From contig JBHGNT010000033.1 of assembly GCA_043228905.1 (NCBI GenBank), positions 248,518 through 312,517 on the forward strand: a DNA stretch of 64,000 nucleotides, given 5' to 3'. Below the pieces are notes generated by a model. That model ran no database searches. It saw only the letters and a list, made by a program, of their open reading frames with translations, and was not told where the DNA came from. How positions within the stretch are numbered: position 1 is the first letter of the stretch; every line of letters starts with the position of its first letter. This DNA is from Azolla caroliniana (Eukaryota; Plantae; Polypodiophyta). The position numbers were made by a program, and so were the translations under genes. Of the stretch, positions 52,166-64,000 are shown piece by piece.

Positions 52166-55100
52166 GAGGGACTTGAGAAGAGCGTGTGAGTCAATTAAAA
52201 TGTTCATACCTGACTCGTGTGATATCGGATTTTCGTGTTCAAACATGCGTATCGAAGCTAACAACACTAGCTATGATATCGAATTAAAAAATCGAGATTC
52301 TGAAACTCAGGTCGAGAGACATGAAGAAATTAGAAAATTTGAGGAGGTACTTGAGAAGAGCGTGTGAGTCAATTAAAATGTTCATACCTGTGTCGTGTGA
52401 TATCGGATTTTTGTGTTCAAACATCCTTTTAAAGCTAAGAACGCTAGCTATGATATTGAATTAAAAAATCAAGATTTCGAAACTCAGATCCAGAGACATG
52501 AAAAAATTATCCAATTTGAGGAGGGACTTGAGAAGAGCGCGTGAGTCAATTAAAATGTTCATACCTGGCTCGTGTGATATCGGATTTTTGTGTTCAAACA
52601 TGCGTATCGAAGCTAACAACGCTACCTATGATATAGATTTAAAAAATCCAGAGTCTCAAACTCAGGTCGAGAGACATGAAGAAATTAGCAAATTTGAGGA
52701 GGGACTTGAGAAGAGCGCGTGAGTCAATTAAAATGTTCATACCTGGCTAGTGTGATATCGGATTTTTGTGTTCAAACATGCGTATCGAAGCTAACAACGC
52801 TAGCTATGATCTAGAATTAAAAAATGAAGATTTTGAAACTCAGGTCGAGAGACATGAAGAAATTAGAAAATTTGAGGAGGGACTTGAGAAGAGCGCGTGA
52901 GTCAATTAAAATGTTCATACCTGGCTAGTGTGATATCGGATTTTTGTGTTCAAACATGCGTATCGAAGCTAACAACGCTAGCTATGATATCGAATTAAAA
53001 AATCAAGATTTTGATACTCAGGTCGAGAGACATGAAGAAATTAGCAAATTTGAGGAGGGAGTGAAGAAGAGCGCGTGAGTCAATTAAAATGTTCATACCT
53101 GACTCGTGTGATATCGGATTTTCGTGTTCAAACATGCGTATCGAAGCTAACAACACTAGCTATGATATCGAATTAAAAAATCGAGATTCTGAAACTCAGG
53201 TCGAGAGACATGAAGAAATTAGAAAATTTGAGGAGGTACTTGAGAAGAGCGTGTGAGTCAATTAAAATGTTCATACCTGTGTCGTGTGATATCGGATTTT
53301 TGTGTTCAAACATGCTTTTAAAGCTAAGAACGCTAGCTATGATATTGAATTAAAAAATCAAGATATTGAAACTCAGGTCCAGAGACATGAAGAAATTATC
53401 CAATTTGAGGAGGGACTTGAGAAGAGCGCGTGAGTCAATTAAAATGTTCATACCTGGCTCGTGTGATATCGGATTTTTGTGTTCAAACATGCGTATCGAA
53501 GCTAACAACGCTAGCTATGATATAGATTTAAAAAATCCAGAGTCTAAAACTCAGGTCGAGAGACATGAAGAAATTAGCAAATTTGAGGAGGGAGTGAAGA
53601 AGAGCCAGTGAGTCAATTAAAATGTTCATACCTGGCTCGTGTGATATCGGATTTTCGTGTTCAAACATGCGTATCGAAGCTAACAACACTAGCTATGATA
53701 TCGAATTAAAAAATCGAGATTCTGAAACTCAGGTCGACAGACATGAAGAAATTAGAAAATTTGAGGAGGTACTTGAGAAGAGCGCGTGAGTCAATTAAAA
53801 TGTTCATACCTGGCTCGTGTGATATCGGATTTTTGTGTTCAAACATGCGTATCGAAGCTAACAACGCTACCTATGATATAGATTTAAAAAATCCAGAGTC
53901 TCAAACTCAGGTCGAGAGACATGAAGAAATTAGCAAATTTGAGGAGGGACTTGAGAAGAGCGCGTGAGTCAATTAAAATGTTCATACCTGGCTAGTGTGA
54001 TATCGGATTTTTGTGTTCAAACATGCGTATCGAAGCTAACAACGCTAGCTATGATCTAGAATTAAAAAATGAAGATTTTGAAACTCAGGTCGAGAGACAT
54101 GAAGAAATTAGCAAATTTGAGGAGGGACTTGAGAAGAGCGAGTGAGTCAATTAAAATGTTCATACCTGGCTCGTGTGATATCGGATTTTTGTGTTCAAAC
54201 ATGCGTATCGAAGCTAACAACGCTAGCTATGATATAGAATTAAAAAATCGAGATTCTGAAACTCAGGTCGAGAGACATGAAGAAATTAGGAAATTTGAGG
54301 AGGGAGTGAAGAAGAGCCAGTGAGTCAATTAAAATGTTCATACCTGGCTCGTGTGATATCGGATTTTTGTGTTCAAACATGCGTATCGAAGCTAACAACG
54401 CTAGCTATGATATAGAATTAAAAAATCTAGATTTTGATACTCAGGTCGAGAGGCATGAAGAAATTAGCAAATTTGAGGAGGGAGTGAAGAAGAGCCAGTG
54501 AGTCAATTAAAATGTTCATACCTGGCTCGTGTGATATCGGATTTTCGTGTTCAAACATGCGTATCGAAGCTAACAACACTAGCTATGATATAGAATTAAA
54601 AAATCGAGATTCTGAAACTCAGGTCGAGAGACATGAAGAAATTAGCAAATTTGAGGAGGGACTTGAGAAGAGCGCGTGAGTCAATTAAAATGTTCATACC
54701 TGACTCGTGTGATATCGGATTTTCGTGTTCAAACATGCGTATCGAAGCTAACAACACTAGCTATGATATCGAATTAAAAAATCGAGATTCTGAAACTCAG
54801 GTCGAGAGACATGAAGAAATTAGAAAATTTGAGGAGGTACTTGAGAAGAGCGTGTGAGTCAATTAAAATGTTCATACCTGTGTCGTGTGATATCGGATTT
54901 TTGTGTTCAAACATGCGTATCGAAGCTAACAACGCTAGCTATCATATAGAATTAAAAAATTAAGATTTTGAAACTCAGGTCGAGAGACATGAAGAAATTA
55001 GCAAATTTGAGGAGGGACTTGAGAAGAGCGAGTGAGTCAATTAAAATGTTCATACCTGGCTCGTGTGATATCGGATTTTTGTGTTCAAACATGCGTATCG

Positions 55101-55619
55101 AAGCTAACAACACTAGCTATGATATCGAATTAAAAAATCGGAATTCTGAAACTCAGGTCGAGAGACATGAAGAAATTAGCAAATTTGAGGAGGGACTTGA
55201 GAAGAGCGCGTGAGTCAATTAAAATGTTCATACCTGGCTCGTGTGATATCGGATTTTTGTGTTCAAACATGCGTATCGAAGCTAACAACGCTAGCTATGA
55301 CATAGAATTAAAAAATCAAGATTTTGAAACTCAGGTCGAGAGACATGAAGAAATTAGCAAATTTGAGGAGGGACTTGAGAAGAGCGAGTGAGTCAATTAA
55401 AATGTTCATACCTGGCTCGTGTGATATCGGATTTTTGTGTTCAAACATGCGTATCGAAGCTAACAACGCTAGCTATGATATAGAATTAAAAAATCGAGAT
55501 TCTGAAACTCAGGTCGAGAGACATGAAGAAATTAGAAAATTTGAGGAGGGACTTGAGAAGAGCGCGTGAGTCAATTAAAATGTTCATACCTGACTCGTGT
55601 GATATCGGATTTCCGTGTT

Positions 55620-58600
55620 CAAACATGCGTATCGAAGCTAACAACACTAGCTATGATATCGAATTAAAAAATCGAGATTCTGAAACTCAGGTCGAGAGAC
55701 ATGAAGAAATTAGAAAATTTGAGGAGGTACTTGAGAAGAGCGTGTGAGTCAATTAAAATGTTCATACCTGTGTCGTGTGATATCGGATTTTTGTGTTCAA
55801 ACATGCGTATCGAAGCTAACAACGCTAGCTATGATATAGAATTAAAAAATCAAGATTTTGAAACTCAGGTCGAGACCCATGAAAAAATTAACAAATTTGA
55901 GGAGGGACTTGAGAAGAGCGAGTGAGTCAATTAAAATGTTCATACCTGGCTCGTGTGCTATCGGATTTTTGTGTTCAAACATGCGTATCGAAGCTAACAA
56001 CACTAGCTATGATATCGAATTAAAAAATCGGAATTCTGAAACTCAGGTCGAGAGACATGAAGAAATTAGAAAATTTGAGGAGGTACTTGAGAAGAGCGTG
56101 TGAGTCAATTAAAATGTTCATACCTGTGTCGTGTGATATCGGATTTTTGTGTTCAAACATGCGTATCGAAGCTAACAACGCTAGCTATGTTATAGAATTA
56201 AAAAATCAAGCTTCTGAAACTCAGGTCGAGAACCATGAAGAAATTAGCAAATTTTAGGAGGGACTTGAGAAGAGCGCGTGAGTCAATTAAAATGTTCATA
56301 CCTGTGTCGTGTGATATCGGATTTTTGTGTTCAAACATGCGTATCGAAGCTAACAACGCTAGCTATCATATAGAATTAAAAAATGAAGATATTGAAACTC
56401 AGGTCGAGAGACATGAAGAAATTAGCAAATTTGAGGAGGGACTTGAGAAGAGCGCGTGAGTCAATTAAAATGTTCATACCTGGCTCGTGTGATATCGGAT
56501 TTTTGTGTTCAAACATGCGTATCGAAGCTAACAACGCTAGCTATGATATAGAATTAAAAAATCGAGATTCTGAAACTCAGGTCGAGATACATGAAGAAAT
56601 TAGAAAATTTGAGGAGGGACTTGAGAAGAGCGCGTGAGTCAATTAAAATGTTCATACCTGACTCGTGTGATATCGGATTTTCGTGTTCAAACATGCGTAT
56701 CGAAGCTAACAACACTAGCTATGATATCGAATTAAAAAATCGAGATTCTGAAACTCAGGTCGAGAGACATGAAGAAATTAGCAAATTTGAGGAGGGACTT
56801 GAGAAGAGCGCGTGAGTCAATTAAAATGTTCATACCTGGCTCGTGTGATATTGGATTTTTGTGTTGAAACATGCGTATCGAAGCTAACAACGCTAGCTAT
56901 GATATAGAATTAAAAAATCGAGATTCTGAAACTCAGGTCGAGAGACATGAAGAAATTAGGAAATTTGAGGAGGGAGTGAAGAAGAGCCAGTGAGTCAATT
57001 AAAATGTTCATACCTGGCTCGTGTGATATCGGATTTTTGTGTTTAAACATGCGTATCGAAGCTAACAACGCTAGCTATGATATCGAATTAAAAAATCAAG
57101 ATTTTGATACTCAGGTCGAGAGACATGAAGAAATTAGCAAATTTGAGGAGGGAGTGAAGAAGAGCGCGTGAGTCAATTAAAATGTTCATACCTGACTCGT
57201 GTGATATCGGATTTTCGTGTTCAAACATGCGTATCGAAGCTAACAACACTAGCTATGATATCGAATTAAAAAATCGAGATTCTGAAACTCAGGTCGAGAG
57301 ACATGAAGAAATTAGAAAATTTGAGGAGGTACTTGAGAAGAGCGTGTGAGTCAATTAAAATGTTCATACCTGTGTCGTGTGATATCGGATTTTTGTGTTC
57401 AAACATGCTTTTAAAGCTAAGAACGCTAGCTATGATATTGAATTAAAAAATCAAGATATTGAAACTCAGGTCCAGAGACATGAAGAAATTATCCAATTTG
57501 AGGAGGGACTTGAGAAGAGCGCGTGAGTCAATTAAAATGTTCATACCTGGCTCGTGTGATATCGGATTTTTGTGTTCAAACATGCGTATCGAAGCTAACA
57601 ACGCTAGCTATGATATAGATTTAAAAAATCCAGAGTCTGAAACTCAGGTCGAGAGACATGAAGAAATTAGCAAATTTGAGGAGGGACTTGAGAAGAGCGC
57701 GTGAGTCAATTAAAATGTTCATACCTGACTCGTGTGATATCGGATTTTCGTGTTCAAACATGCGTATCGAAGCTAACCACACTAGCTATGATATAGAATT
57801 AAGAAATCGAGATTCTGAAACTCAGGTCGAGAGACATGAAGAAATTAGCAAATTTGAGGAGGGACTTGAGAAGAGCGCGTGAGTCAATTAAAATGTTCAT
57901 ACCTGACTCGTGTGATATCGGATTTTCGTGTTCAAACATGCGTATCGAAGCTAACAACACTAGCTATGATATCGAATTAAAAAATCGAGATTCTGAAACT
58001 CAGGTCGAGAGACATGAAGAAATTAGAAAATTTGAGGAGGTACTTGAGAAGAGCGTGTGAGTCAATTAAAATGTTCATACCTGTGTCGTGTGATATCGGA
58101 TTTTTGTGTTCAAACATGCTTTTAAAGCTAAGAACGCTAGCTATGATATTGAATTAAAAAATCAAGATATTGAAACTCAGGTCCAGAGACATGAAGAAAT
58201 TATCCAATTTGAGGAGGGACTTGAGAAGAGCGCGTGAGTCAATTAAAATGTTCATACCTGGCTCGTGTGATATCGGATTTTTGTGTTCAAACATGCGTAT
58301 CGAAGCTAACAACGCTAGCTATGATATAGATTTAAAAAATCCAGAGTCTGAAACTCAGGTCGAGAGACATGAAGAAATTAGCAAATTTGAGGAGGGACTT
58401 GAGAAGAGCGCGTGAGTCAATTAAAATGTTCATACCTGACTCGTGTGATATCGGATTTTCGTGTTCAAACATGCGTATCGAAGCTAACCACACTAGCTAT
58501 GATATAGAATTAAAAAATCGAGATTCTGAAACTCAGGTCGAGAGACATGAAGAAATTAGCAAATTTGAGGAGGGACTTGAGAAGAGCGCGTGAGTCAATT

Positions 58601-61170
58601 AAAATGTTCATACCTGACTCGTGTGATATCGGATTTTCGTGTTCAAACATGCGTATCGAAGCTAACAACACTAGCTATGATATCGAATTAAAAAATCGAG
58701 ATTCTGAAACTCAGGTCGAGAGACATGAAGAAATTAGAAAATTTGAGGAGGTACTTGAGAAGAGCGTGTGAGTCAATTAAAATGTTCATACCTGTGTCGT
58801 GTGATATCGGATTTTTGTGTTCAAACATGCGTATCGAAGCTAACAACGCTAGCTATGATATAGAATTAAAAAATCAAGATTTTGAAACTCAGGTCGAGAC
58901 CCATGAAAAAATTAACAAATTTGAGGAGGGACTTGAGAAGAGCGAGTGAGTCAATTAAAATGTTCATACCTGGCTCGTGTGCTATCGGATTTTTGTGTTC
59001 AAACATGCGTATCGAAGCTAACAACACTAGCTATGATATCGAATTAAAAAATCGGAATTCTGAAACTCAGGTCGAGAGACATGAAGAAATTAGAAAATTT
59101 GAGGAGGTACTTGAGAAGAGCGTGTGAGTCAATTAAAATGTTCATACCTGTGTCGTGTGATATCGGATTTTTGTGTTCAAACATGCGTATCGAAGCTAAC
59201 AACGCTAGCTATGTTATAGAATTAAAAAATCAAGCTTCTGAAACTCAGGTCGAGAACCATGAAGAAATTAGCAAATTTTAGGAGGGACTTGAGAAGAGCG
59301 CGTGAGTCAATTAAAATGTTCATACCTGTGTCGTGTGATATCGGATTTTTGTGTTCAAACATGCGTATCGAAGCTAACAACGCTAGCTATCATATAGAAT
59401 TAAAAAATGAAGATATTGAAACTCAGGTCGAGAGACATGAAGAAATTAGCAAATTTGAGGAGGGACTTGAGAAGAGCGCGTGAGTCAATTAAAATGTTCA
59501 TACCTGGCTCGTGTGATATCGGATTTTTGTGTTCAAACATGCGTATCGAAGCTAACAACGCTAGCTATGATATAGAATTAAAAAATCGAGATTCTGAAAC
59601 TCAGGTCGAGATACATGAAGAAATTAGAAAATTTGAGGAGGGACTTGAGAAGAGCGCGTGAGTCAATTAAAATGTTCATACCTGACTCGTGTGATATCGG
59701 ATTTTCGTGTTCAAACATGCGTATCGAAGCTAACAACACTAGCTATGATATCGAATTAAAAAATCGAGATTCTGAAACTCAGGTCGAGAGACATGAAGAA
59801 ATTAGCAAATTTGAGGAGGGACTTGAGAAGAGCGCGTGAGTCAATTAAAATGTTCATACCTGGCTCGTGTGATATTGGATTTTTGTGTTGAAACATGCGT
59901 ATCGAAGCTAACAACGCTAGCTATGATATAGAATTAAAAAATCGAGATTCTGAAACTCAGGTCGAGAGACATGAAGAAATTAGGAAATTTGAGGAGGGAG
60001 TGAAGAAGAGCCAGTGAGTCAATTAAAATGTTCATACCTGGCTCGTGTGATATCGGATTTTTGTGTTTAAACATGCGTATCGAAGCTAACAACGCTAGCT
60101 ATGATATCGAATTAAAAAATCAAGATTTTGATACTCAGGTCGAGAGACATGAAGAAATTAGCAAATTTGAGGAGGGAGTGAAGAAGAGCGCGTGAGTCAA
60201 TTAAAATGTTCATACCTGACTCGTGTGATATCGGATTTTCGTGTTCAAACATGCGTATCGAAGCTAACAACACTAGCTATGATATCGAATTAAAAAATCG
60301 AGATTCTGAAACTCAGGTCGAGAGACATGAAGAAATTAGAAAATTTGAGGAGGTACTTGAGAAGAGCGTGTGAGTCAATTAAAATGTTCATACCTGTGTC
60401 GTGTGATATCGGATTTTTGTGTTCAAACATGCTTTTAAAGCTAAGAACGCTAGCTATGATATTGAATTAAAAAATCAAGATATTGAAACTCAGGTCCAGA
60501 GACATGAAGAAATTATCCAATTTGAGGAGGGACTTGAGAAGAGCGCGTGAGTCAATTAAAATGTTCATACCTGGCTCGTGTGATATCGGATTTTTGTGTT
60601 CAAACATGCGTATCGAAGCTAACAACGCTAGCTATGATATAGATTTAAAAAATCCAGAGTCTGAAACTCAGGTCGAGAGACATGAAGAAATTAGCAAATT
60701 TGAGGAGGGACTTGAGAAGAGCGCGTGAGTCAATTAAAATGTTCATACCTGACTCGTGTGATATCGGATTTTCGTGTTCAAACATGCGTATCGAAGCTAA
60801 CCACACTAGCTATGATATAGAATTAAAAAATCGAGATTCTGAAACTCAGGTCGAGAGACATGAAGAAATTAGCAAATTTGAGGAGGGACTTGAGAAGAGC
60901 GCGTGAGTCAATTAAAATGTTCATACCTGACTCGTGTGATATCGGATTTTCGTGTTCAAACATGCGTATCGAAGCTAACAACACTAGCTATGATATCGAA
61001 TTAAAAAATCGAGATTCTGAAACTCAGGTCGAGAGACATGAAGAAATTAGAAAATTTGAGGAGGTACTTGAGAAGAGCGTGTGAGTCAATTAAAATGTTC
61101 ATACCTGTGTCGTGTGATATCGGATTTTTGTGTTCAAACATGCGTATCGAAGCTAACAACGCTAGCTATC
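55620..61170 (+). repeat. Tandem HOR, 3024-bp period (17-mer, 17x178-2), about 1.8 copies
   Basis: Offsets 55701/58725, 55858/58882, 56383/59407, 57459/60483 and 57836/60860 are 3024. The allele CCCATGAAAAAATTAACAAA appears only in these two copies. Confidence 0.9.
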
Positions 61171-64000
61171 ATATAGAATTAAAAAATCAAGATTTTGAAA
61201 CTCAGGTCGAGAGACATGAAGAAATTAGCAAATTTGAGGAGGGACTTGAGAAGAGCGAGTGAGTCAATTAAAATGTTCATACCTGGCTCGTGTGATATCG
61301 GATTTTTGTGTTCAAACATGCGTATCGAAGCTAACAACACTAGCTATGATATAGAATTAAAAAATCGGAATTCTGAAACTCAGGTCGAGAGACATGAAGA
61401 AATTAGCAAATTTGAGGAGGGACTTGAGAAGAGCGCGTGAGTCAATTAAAATGTTCATACCTGGCTCGTGTGATATCGGATTTTTGTGTTCAAACATGCG
61501 TATCGAAGCTAACAACGCTAGCTATGATATAGATTTAAAAAATCCAGAGTCTGAAACTCAGGTCGAGAGACATGAAGAAATTAGCAAATTTGAGGAGGGA
61601 CTTGAGAAGAGCGCGTGAGTCAATTAAAATGTTCATACCTGACTCGTGTGATATCGGATTTTCGTGTTCAAACATGCGTATCGAAGCTAACCACACTAGC
61701 TATGATATAGAATTAAAAAATCGAGATTCTGAAACTCAGGTCGAGAGACATGAAGAAATTAGCAAATTTGAGGAGGGACTTGAGAAGAGCGCGTGAGTCA
61801 ATTAAAATGTTCATACCTGACTCGTGTGATATCGGATTTTCGTGTTCAAACATGCGTATCGAAGCTAACAACACTAGCTATGATATCGAATTAAAAAATC
61901 GAGATTCTGAAACTCAGGTCGAGAGACATGAAGAAATTAGAAAATTTGAGGAGGTACTTGAGAAGAGCGTGTGAGTCAATTAAAATGTTCATACCTGTGT
62001 CGTGTGATATCGGATTTTTGTGTTCAAACATGCTTTTAAAGCTAAGAACGCTAGCTATGATATTGAATTAAAAAATCAAGATATTGAAACTCAGGTCCAG
62101 AGACATGAAGAAATTATCCAATTTGAGGAGGGACTTGAGAAGAGCGCGTGAGTCAATTAAAATGTTCATACCTGGCTCGTGTGATATCGGATTTTTGTGT
62201 TCAAACATGCGTATCGAAGCTAACAACGCTAGCTATGATATAGATTTAAAAAATCCAGAGTCTGAAACTCAGGTCGAGAGACATGAAGAAATTAGCAAAT
62301 TTGAGGAGGGACTTGAGAAGAGCGCGTGAGTCAATTAAAATGTTCATACCTGACTCGTGTGATATCGGATTTTCGTGTTCAAACATGCGTATCGAAGCTA
62401 ACCACACTAGCTATGATATAGAATTAAAAAATCGAGATTCTGAAACTCAGGTCGAGAGACATGAAGAAATTAGCAAATTTGAGGAGGGACTTGAGAAGAG
62501 CGCGTGAGTCAATTAAAATGTTCATACCTGACTCGTGTGATATCGGATTTTCGTGTTCAAACATGCGTATCGAAGCTAACAACACTAGCTATGATATCGA
62601 ATTAAAAAATCGAGATTCTGAAACTCAGGTCGAGAGACATGAAGAAATTAGAAAATTTGAGGAGGTACTTGAGAAGAGCGTGTGAGTCAATTAAAATGTT
62701 CATACCTGTGTCGTGTGATATCGGATTTTTGTGTTCAAACATGCGTATCGAAGCTAACAACGCTAGCTATCATATAGAATTAAAAAATCAAGATTTTGAA
62801 ACTCAGGTCGAGAGACATGAAGAAATTAGCAAATTTGAGGAGGGACTTGAGAAGAGCGAGTGAGTCAATTAAAATGTTCATACCTGACTCGTGTGATATC
62901 GGATTTTCGTGTTCAAACATGCGTATCGAAGCTAACAACACTAGCTATGATATCGAATTAAAAAATCGAGATTCTGAAACTCAGGTCGAGAGACATGAAG
63001 AAATTAGAAAATTTGAGGAGGTACTTGAGAAGAGCGTGTGAGTCAATTAAAATGTTCATACCTGTGTCGTGTGATATCGGATTTTTGTGTTCAAACATGC
63101 TTTTAAAGCTAAGAACGCTAGCTATGATATTGAATTAAAAAATCAAGATTTCGAAACTCAGGTCCAGAGACATGAAAAAATTATCCAATTTGAGGAGGGA
63201 CTTGAGAAGAGCGCGTGAGTCAATTAAAATGTTCATACCTGGCTCGTGTGATATCGGATTTTTGTGTTCAAACATGCGTATCGAAGCTAACAACGCTAGC
63301 TATGATATAGATTTAAAAAATCCAGAGTCTGAAACTCAGGTCGAGAGACATGAAGAAATTAGCAAATTTGAGGAGGGACTTGAGAAGAGCGCGTGAGTCA
63401 ATTAAAATGTTCATACCTGACTCGTGTGATATCGGATTTTCGTGTTCAAACATGCGTATCGAAGCTAACAACACTAGCTATGATATAGAATTAAAAAATC
63501 GAGATTCTGAAACTCAGGTCGAGAGACATGAAGAAATTAGCAAATTTGAGGAGGGACTTGAGAAGAGCGCGTGAGTCAATTAAAATGTTCATACCTGACT
63601 CGTGTGATATCGGATTTTCGTGTTCAAACATGCGTATCGAAGCTAACAACACTAGCTATGATATCGAATTAAAAAATCGAGATTCTGAAACTCAGGTCGA
63701 GAGACATGAAGAAATTAGAAAATTTGAGGAGGTACTTGAGAAGAGCGTGTGAGTCAATTAAAATGTTCATACCTGTGTCGTGTGATATCGGATTTTTGTG
63801 TTCAAACATGCGTATCGAAGCTAACAACGCTAGCTATCATATAGAATTAAAAAATCAAGATTTTGAAACTCAGGTCGAGAGACATGAAGAAATTAGCAAA
63901 TTTGAGGAGGGACTTGAGAAGAGCGAGTGAGTCAATTAAAATGTTCATACCTGGCTCGTGTGATATCGGATTTTTGTGTTCAAACATGCGTATCGAAGCT

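Larger units (their letters stand above)
1..64000 (+). repeat. Tandem satellite array, 178-bp monomer, about 360 head-to-tail copies in one orientation (centromeric/pericentromeric-type satellite DNA)
   Basis: The landmark ACATGAAGAAATT recurs every 178 bp (ATG at 253, 431, 609; 24527, 24705; 63172, 63350, 63528, 63706). No non-satellite sequence or inverted monomer was seen. The centromeric assignment is inferred from length and organisation only. Confidence 0.99.
29307..64000 (+). repeat. Subfamily B domain: length-uniform monomers (178 bp, with some 177 and 186 bp)
   Basis: AATTAAAATG is effectively fixed, and GAGGGACT, GAGCGCGT/GAGCGAGT/GAGCGTGT and GATTCTG predominate. The only indels seen are a 1-bp deletion variant and an 8-bp duplication. 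Confidence 0.9.

Noticed and set aside
637-63930. More than 200 similar 60-136 aa ORFs as a tandem gene family
   Set aside because: They are translations of the monomer. Consecutive ORFs overlap in shifting frames because 178 = 3n+1, there is no intergenic space, nonsense and frameshift variants are common, and no protein domain is recognisable.
1-64000. Identity with Arabidopsis CEN178/CEN180 or primate alpha satellite
   Set aside because: Only the length is similar. Apart from a short TTGAGAAG, I see no similarity to those consensus sequences as I remember them, and no CENP-B box. BLAST is needed to confirm this.
1-64000. 5S rDNA, tRNA, snRNA or spliced-leader tandem gene array, or rDNA IGS subrepeats
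   Set aside because: There is no recognisable conserved RNA sequence, cloverleaf or gene/spacer contrast, and no rRNA gene appears within 64 kb.
1-64000. Transposon insertions, inversions or telomeric repeats within the array
   Set aside because: None was seen. All sequence aligns to the monomer in one orientation, and the three minus-strand ORFs (4247, 4612, 5473) are antisense readings of the same repeat.

Overview
All 64 kb is one uninterrupted, head-to-tail tandem array of a 178-bp satellite, about 360 monomers in a single orientation, running off both edges of the window. The majority monomer is ATGAAGAAATTAGCAAATTTGAGGAGGGACTTGAGAAGAGCGCGTGAGTCAATTAAAATGTTCATACCTGGCTCGTGTGATATCGGATTTTTGTGTTCAAACATGCGTATCGAAGCTAACAACGCTAGCTATGATATAGAATTAAAAAATCGAGATTCTGAAACTCAGGTCGAGAGAC (hand count about 39% GC, 9 CpG). 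I see no unique sequence, gene, RNA gene, transposon or CRISPR array, and every ORF in the track is a translation of the monomer. The length and organisation fit a eukaryotic centromeric or pericentromeric satellite (inference). I do not recognise the family or the host, and it does not match my recollection of Arabidopsis CEN178. The interest is in the internal architecture: (i) an indel-rich subfamily A domain (about 1-29.3 kb) interdigitates with and is replaced by a more uniform subfamily B domain (29.3-64 kb); (ii) there are many local, nested higher-order repeats, with periods of 355, 510, 711, 890, 1067, 1246, 1254, 1756, 1963, 2144, 2473, 3024, 4270 and 4987 bp, plus block copies 10-23 kb apart; (iii) rearrangement breakpoints cluster at two positions in the monomer; (iv) there are visible conversion-like tracts and a templated-insertion scar. 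Periods come from offsets between identical ORF-track entries, checked against the sequence. Block boundaries are approximate (about +/-100 bp).
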